A stretch of 64,000 nucleotides of DNA from Colwellia sp. (GTDB lineage: Bacteria > Pseudomonadota > Gammaproteobacteria > Enterobacterales > Alteromonadaceae): positions 52,634-116,633 of the forward strand of contig JBELHN010000001.1 in the NCBI GenBank assembly GCA_042091395.1, written 5' to 3'. The number at the start of each line of letters is the position of its first letter. Positions within the stretch are counted from its first letter, which is position 1. The position numbers and the translations under genes are program-made. Below are positions 59,108-64,000 of the stretch, piece after piece. Below the pieces are notes generated by a model. That model saw nothing but the letters and a program-made list of their open reading frames with translations. It was not told the origin of the DNA and searched no databases.

Positions 59108-60238
59108 ATGGCGAGTTCTGATAGTGGTGAAAAAAGTGAAGAGCCTACCGCAAAAAAACTCACTGATGCCCGAAAAAAAGGGCAGATTGCTCGCTCCAAA
59201 GACTTAGGTACTTTATTTGTATTGGTTGGTAGTGCTTGCGCGATGCTGCTAGTAGGGAATGCTTTAGCAACTTCTATGTCTAATATGATGGCGCATATGT
59301 TTAGTCTCAGTCGCGCTGAAGCGATGGACGTAAACGCTTTGTTTAAGGTTATTAATGACGGTATTTATCAAATTGTACCGTCATTGTTGTGGATTTTTTT
59401 TATTGTAATGTTGGCCGCCTTTATTGGTAATACATTGCTAGGTGGTATGAGCTTTTCAACTGAAGCTATGATGCCTAAAGCCAGTAAATTATCGCCAATA
59501 GCTGGCTTTAAACGCATGTTTGGTGTGCAAGCTGCAGTCGAATTGGTGAAATCTATTTTAAAGTTTTTTGTGGTGTTTATTGTCGCTTTTTTGTTACTAA
59601 GCGGTTTGTTTGAAGAGATTTTAGGTTTAAGTCGAGAAACTATACCAACCAATTTTGGTCATGCGATTACCATGCTGCAGTGGATGTTTTTGGTGTTAGC
59701 ACTATCCATAGGTATTATTGTGGTTATTGATGCACCTTATCAAATATGGAATCACACACGACAATTAAAAATGACAAAGCAAGAGGTCAAGGACGAACAT
59801 AAAACTACCGAAGGAAGCCCTGAAATTAAAGGTCGTATTCGACGAACTCAATATGAAATGTCACAACGTCGAATGATGCAAGATGTCCCTGATTCAGATG
59901 TGGTTATCACCAACCCAACACATTACTCTATTGCACTTAAGTACGATGCAGCTGCGGGTGGCGCACCAGTATTGTCAGCCAAAGGCATTGATGAAATGGC
60001 GTTGCATATTCGTACCATTGCTAAAGAGCATCAAATAGAGATTATTCAGTCACCAGCCTTAGCTCGATCGCTCTATTATACAGCTGAAGTTGGTGACGAT
60101 ATCCCCGAAGAATTATTTGCCGCAGTAGCACAAGTGTTAGCTTTTATTTTTCAACTCAATGAACATAAAAAAGGAAAGGCAAAAAAACCGACGCCAGTCG
60201 CTAAGAATTTGCCAATTCCGGACGCTTTCAAATACTAG
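59108..60238 (+). CDS. flhB: Export switch protein FlhB
   Basis: Motifs EKSEEPTAKKL and the autocleavage site NPTH (ITNPTHYS). Confidence 0.95.
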   Translation: MASSDSGEKSEEPTAKKLTDARKKGQIARSKDLGTLFVLVGSACAMLLVGNALATSMSNMMAHMFSLSRAEAMDVNALFKVINDGIYQIVPSLLWIFFIVMLAAFIGNTLLGGMSFSTEAMMPKASKLSPIAGFKRMFGVQAAVELVKSILKFFVVFIVAFLLLSGLFEEILGLSRETIPTNFGHAITMLQWMFLVLALSIGIIVVIDAPYQIWNHTRQLKMTKQEVKDEHKTTEGSPEIKGRIRRTQYEMSQRRMMQDVPDSDVVITNPTHYSIALKYDAAAGGAPVLSAKGIDEMALHIRTIAKEHQIEIIQSPALARSLYYTAEVGDDIPEELFAAVAQVLAFIFQLNEHKKGKAKKPTPVAKNLPIPDAFKY

Positions 60239-60307
60239 ATTATGAATTGTCCTCAATCTTGATATCCCACATATTAACCAACAATAAATATATATTTCAA
60301 TTGCTCT

Positions 60308-60323
60308 TGGTGTAGAAATTGCT
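60308..60323 (+). promoter_or_regulatory. Putative sigma-54 promoter of flhA(-flhF)
   Basis: TGGTGT-AGAAA-TTGCT with exact GG-N10-GC spacing, about 40 nt upstream of the flhA ATG. Confidence 0.55.
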
Positions 60324-60362
60324 AGTTACAGCTATCTGTCAAAAAAACGCCATAGAATTTAT

Positions 60363-62465
60363 ATGCAACTTGTTAGTTATTTTAACCAACTTGATAAATC
60401 AAAATTAAGTTATTTAACCGGCCTAGGAACTCCCCTCCTTGTCATGGCCGCATTAGGTATGATCATTCTACCAATGCCAGCATGGCTATTAGATATATTA
60501 TTTTCATTCAATATAGCTTTGTCTCTGGTTGTGCTGTTAATTACTGTTTATACACTCAAGCCTTTAGATTTTGGTTCGTTTCCTGCGGTTTTGTTGGTTG
60601 CAACTATTTTACGGTTAGCGCTCAATGTGGCCAGTACTCGTGTAGTATTACTCGAAGGCCATGAAGGCCCTGAAGCTGCTGGCAAAGTCATTGAAGCCTT
60701 TGGCTCAGTGGTTATTGGTGGAAATTATGCGGTAGGTTTGGTCGTTTTTCTCATTCTGATTATCATTAACTTTGTCGTGGTCACTAAGGGTGCAGGGCGA
60801 ATTGCCGAAGTCACTGCCCGCTTTACTCTAGATGCTATGCCAGGTAAACAAATGGCAATTGATGCAGATTTAAATGCTGGTTTTATTACCCAAGAACAAG
60901 CGAAACAACGAAGAACAGAAGTAACCAGTGAAGCCGATTTTTATGGCTCTATGGATGGGGCAAGCAAATTTGTGAAAGGTGATGCCATCGCCGGTATATT
61001 AATTTTATTCATCAATATTATTGGTGGTTTGATTATTGGTATGGTGCAACATGATTTATCTTTTGACCGAGCAGTTGAAATTTATACCTTGCTAACCATT
61101 GGTGATGGTTTAGTGGCACAAATTCCTGGCTTATTGCTATCCATTGGTACAGCGATTGTTGTAACCCGCCAAAATACCTCGCAAGATATGGGGGAGCAAG
61201 TTAGTAGTCAATTAGGGCAAGAAAAATCCCTTTATATTGCTGCTGGTGTCATGTTCGTCATTGGTGTTATTCCTGGTATGCCACATTTTGTGTTTTTGTT
61301 ATTTGCAAGCATTATTGCTGCGAGTGCTTTTTTTGGCGCGAAAAGCAAAGCTAAGAAGCTTATAGAGCACGAAAAGTTAGCACATGACGAGCAAATACAA
61401 CATCAACAAAAAGAAGAAGAAATAAAAGAGTTAGATTGGGACGATGTTAACCACGTTGATGTCATCGGTCTTGAAATTGGTTATCGTTTAATACCGCTTG
61501 TTGACAAAGCCCAAGATGGTGAGTTATTGAGTCGTATTAAGGGGGTTCGTAAAAAGTTATCACAAGAGTTCGGCTTCTTAGTACCAGCCGTGCATATTCG
61601 CGACAATTTAGACCTCGATCCAAACTGTTATCAAATTTCGTTAATGGGGGTTGTGGTTGGTAGTGCTGAAATTAGGCATGACCAAGAGCTAGCCATTAAC
61701 CCAGGACAAGTTTTTGGCACATTAGAAGGTGTGACCACAACAGATCCCGCATTTGGGCTAGAGGCAACGTGGATCAATCAAAATCAACGAGAGCAGGCCC
61801 AAACCCTGGGTTATACGGTAGTTGATGCCGCAACAGTTTTAGCAACACATCTTAGTCAAATTTTAACGAATAATGCGGCGCAATTATTAGGGCATGAGGA
61901 AGTACAAAATCTACTCGATATGCTTGCAAAAAATTATCCTAAACTCGTTGAAGGGTTTATACCTGACACATTAACACTTGGAACTGTAGTAAAAGTATTG
62001 CAAAGTTTAATGAATGAAGGTGTGGCTGTTAGAGACATGCGTTCAATAGTGCAAACCCTTGTTGAATATGGACCTAAAAGCCAAGATCCGGAAGTACTCA
62101 CTGCTGCTGTTCGCATCTCATTACGAAGATTTATCGTACAAGACCTTGTAGGGAATGCGCAAGAAATCCCCGTCATAACTTTGTCTCCTGAGCTGGAACA
62201 AATGTTGCATCAATCAATGCAGATGGCAGGTGATGATGGCGCTGGTATAGAACCAGGTTTAGCAGAACGTTTGCAAAAATCATTAACTGAAGGGGCAAGC
62301 CAGCAAGAAATGGCTGGAGATACGCCTATTTTATTAACGTCAGGCATTTTACGACACGTTTTAGCTAAATTTGTGAAATATACCATTCCAAGCTTACGCG
62401 TGATTTCTTATCAAGAAGTCCCTGATGATAAACAAATAAAAATTGTTAGTGCCATAGGGCAATAA
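60363..62465 (+). CDS. flhA: Export gate protein FlhA
   Basis: 700 aa with conserved FHIPEP blocks (RFTLDAMPGKQMAIDADL, FVKGDAIAGI). Confidence 0.95.
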   Translation: MQLVSYFNQLDKSKLSYLTGLGTPLLVMAALGMIILPMPAWLLDILFSFNIALSLVVLLITVYTLKPLDFGSFPAVLLVATILRLALNVASTRVVLLEGHEGPEAAGKVIEAFGSVVIGGNYAVGLVVFLILIIINFVVVTKGAGRIAEVTARFTLDAMPGKQMAIDADLNAGFITQEQAKQRRTEVTSEADFYGSMDGASKFVKGDAIAGILILFINIIGGLIIGMVQHDLSFDRAVEIYTLLTIGDGLVAQIPGLLLSIGTAIVVTRQNTSQDMGEQVSSQLGQEKSLYIAAGVMFVIGVIPGMPHFVFLLFASIIAASAFFGAKSKAKKLIEHEKLAHDEQIQHQQKEEEIKELDWDDVNHVDVIGLEIGYRLIPLVDKAQDGELLSRIKGVRKKLSQEFGFLVPAVHIRDNLDLDPNCYQISLMGVVVGSAEIRHDQELAINPGQVFGTLEGVTTTDPAFGLEATWINQNQREQAQTLGYTVVDAATVLATHLSQILTNNAAQLLGHEEVQNLLDMLAKNYPKLVEGFIPDTLTLGTVVKVLQSLMNEGVAVRDMRSIVQTLVEYGPKSQDPEVLTAAVRISLRRFIVQDLVGNAQEIPVITLSPELEQMLHQSMQMAGDDGAGIEPGLAERLQKSLTEGASQQEMAGDTPILLTSGILRHVLAKFVKYTIPSLRVISYQEVPDDKQIKIVSAIGQ

Positions 62466-62520
62466 CAGATTATGTAACTAAATTAGACACATCCTTACTA
62501 GAATATTAAAGAGGCATGAT

Positions 62521-64000
62521 ATGAAAATTAAACGCTTTGTTGCCAAAGATATACGCACAGCACTAGGACAAATTAAAGAAACACTTGGTGTTGATGCGGT
62601 CATTATGTCTAATAAAAAAATTCCTGAGGGAGTCGAGTTAATGGCAGCAGTCGATTACAACCAAGCTTTATCAAATGCTCCTCGTCAAGAAACCCCTGAC
62701 TCTGTTATTACAGAGATGCCTCAAGAGATTAGTCAGCGTGAAGTAAGTAATGATGTGGTTAGTATAGGAAAACAAAAAACATCACTGCCGAGTGATGCAA
62801 CACAACAGCATGATGACTTTTCGCAACAAGATGTACCAGCAGATTCGTTGTCAGCCTTGTTGAATCGACAAGTGCAACAACCTATTCAAGTTTCTGATTC
62901 AGAGCGAACTCAATTGCCAGAGAGTTCCATTGAGCAACAATTAAAAAACTTTACTGATCGCCTCAGTAATTCTCAAGTTGAGCAGCAGCCTCATACCGTT
63001 TCTCCCTCAAATAATAATCAACAAGTTGTTTTTGATGATGATTTAAAAAACGCTCAATCATTTCAATCAGCCAAAATAGGTGAAGCTCGTATTAATAATA
63101 AAGAAAATAATAATGCAACATTAGCTGATTTTGAAAAAATGCAAGCAGAGATGGCATCAATACGTTCGTTATTAGAGCATCAAGTCTCTGGTTTAATGTG
63201 GCAAGATATGGCTCAGAAAGCACCGCAACGTGCAGTGTTAGTAAATCGCTTGTTAAAGTTAGGTTTAACTGATCAAATTGCCGATCAAATTGCTGGTTAT
63301 GTAAGTGAAAAAAACAATGACGAAGAGGCCTGGCATCAGGCTAAAACATTCATTGCAAAACAGATTAATACCACTCAAAATGATATTATTAACCGTGGTG
63401 GTGTGGTTGCTTTAGTAGGCCCTACCGGTGTTGGTAAGACAACAACGGTAGCAAAGCTTGCTGCTCGTTTTGCTCAAGTTCACGGTCGTGATAGTGTGGT
63501 ACTTATTTCGACTGATACTTTTCGGATCTCAGGTTTCGATCAATTAGCTACCTATGGTAAGATCATTGGCTGTCAGGTAAACATTGCTAAAGATAATAAT
63601 GCGCTAAATACTCTGCTTCAAGAGTACTCTAATAAAAAATTAATACTTATTGATACTGCAGGTATGGGACAAAGAGATATTCGATTGGCAGAGCAATTGA
63701 CTTCACTGGTTTCAAATGCAAGAGTTAGGATTAGAAGCTATTTGGTGTTAGCTGCCAATACGCAACAAGGTGTAATGCAGGAAAATGTAGAGCGTTTCAA
63801 ACGAGTGCCATTATCTGGTTGTATATATACTAAACTGGATGAATGTATTAGTATTGGCGAAATTATAACAACGTCGATTCAAAATGGCTTACCAATAGGT
63901 TATCTTACTGATGGACAAAGAGTTCCGGAAGATATTAAGGTTGCAAATGCTGAGAAATTAGTTACTCTTGCAGATAAGATGGCAATGGTTTCAGTCAACA
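62521..64000 (+). CDS. flhF: Flagellar placement GTPase FlhF (3' end truncated by window edge)
   Basis: It is not in the ORF track because there is no stop codon in the window. My own translation gives MKIKRFVAKDIRTALGQIKETLG..., the G1 box GPTGVGKTTT, DTAG and TKLDE. The frame stays open to position 64000. Confidence 0.9.
   Translation, partial: MKIKRFVAKDIRTALGQIKETLGVDAVIMSNKKIPEGVELMAAVDYNQALSNAPRQETPDSVITEMPQEISQREVSNDVVSIGKQKTSLPSDATQQHDDFSQQDVPADSLSALLNRQVQQPIQVSDSERTQLPESSIEQQLKNFTDRLSNSQVEQQPHTVSPSNNNQQVVFDDDLKNAQSFQSAKIGEARINNKENNNATLADFEKMQAEMASIRSLLEHQVSGLMWQDMAQKAPQRAVLVNRLLKLGLTDQIADQIAGYVSEKNNDEEAWHQAKTFIAKQINTTQNDIINRGGVVALVGPTGVGKTTTVAKLAARFAQVHGRDSVVLISTDTFRISGFDQLATYGKIIGCQVNIAKDNNALNTLLQEYSNKKLILIDTAGMGQRDIRLAEQLTSLVSNARVRIRSYLVLAANTQQGVMQENVERFKRVPLSGCIYTKLDECISIGEIITTSIQNGLPIGYLTDGQRVPEDIKVANAEKLVTLADKMAMVSVN

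Overview
The window is almost entirely one contiguous polar-flagellum superlocus from a low-GC, AT-rich gammaproteobacterium. Gene order and protein sequences resemble Vibrio, Shewanella and Colwellia-type polar systems, but the genus cannot be assigned without a database search.

Gene order:
- Small 53-aa ORF, yeiP (EF-P-like) and an M14 peptidase.
- flgT (minus) facing flgO-flgP (plus), the H-ring/outer-disc genes.
- flgN-flgM-flgA (minus).
- cheV-cheR-flgBCDE, then flgFGHIJKL.
- Two short (~270 aa) flagellin paralogues.
- flaG-fliD-fliS, a FliT-like ORF, two Maf (DUF115) genes and an 84-aa ORF.
- Converging on these, a 12-gene minus-strand pseudaminic-acid-type sugar operon.
- flrA-flrB-flrC, fliEFGHIJ, fliKLMNOPQR-flhB, flhA and flhF (3' end runs off the window).

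I could read a coherent promoter hierarchy directly from the sequence. There are about ten -24/-12 sigma-54 boxes with exact GG-N10-GC spacing. They include one in front of the sugar operon, a divergent pair at flgT/flgO, and two near-consensus sigma-28 promoters (flgM and the second flagellin).

No rRNA, tRNA, CRISPR array, transposase, integrase or recognisable defence or toxin-antitoxin module was seen.

The only clearly accessory segment is the ~16 kb flagellin glycosylation island (about 24.8-40.9 kb). It carries the core Pse pathway plus at least six non-core enzymes:
- a SpsF-type cytidylyltransferase;
- a class-III aminotransferase;
- an aldo-keto reductase;
- an ATP-grasp ligase, a HAD hydrolase and a PIG-L deacetylase;
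- a Zn-ribbon C-methyltransferase-like enzyme and a GNAT.

This is the best candidate for undescribed chemistry, namely a heavily tailored nonulosonic acid on flagellin. I see no evidence for a wholly new type of system. All functional calls come from motif recognition by eye, and no searches or computations were run.
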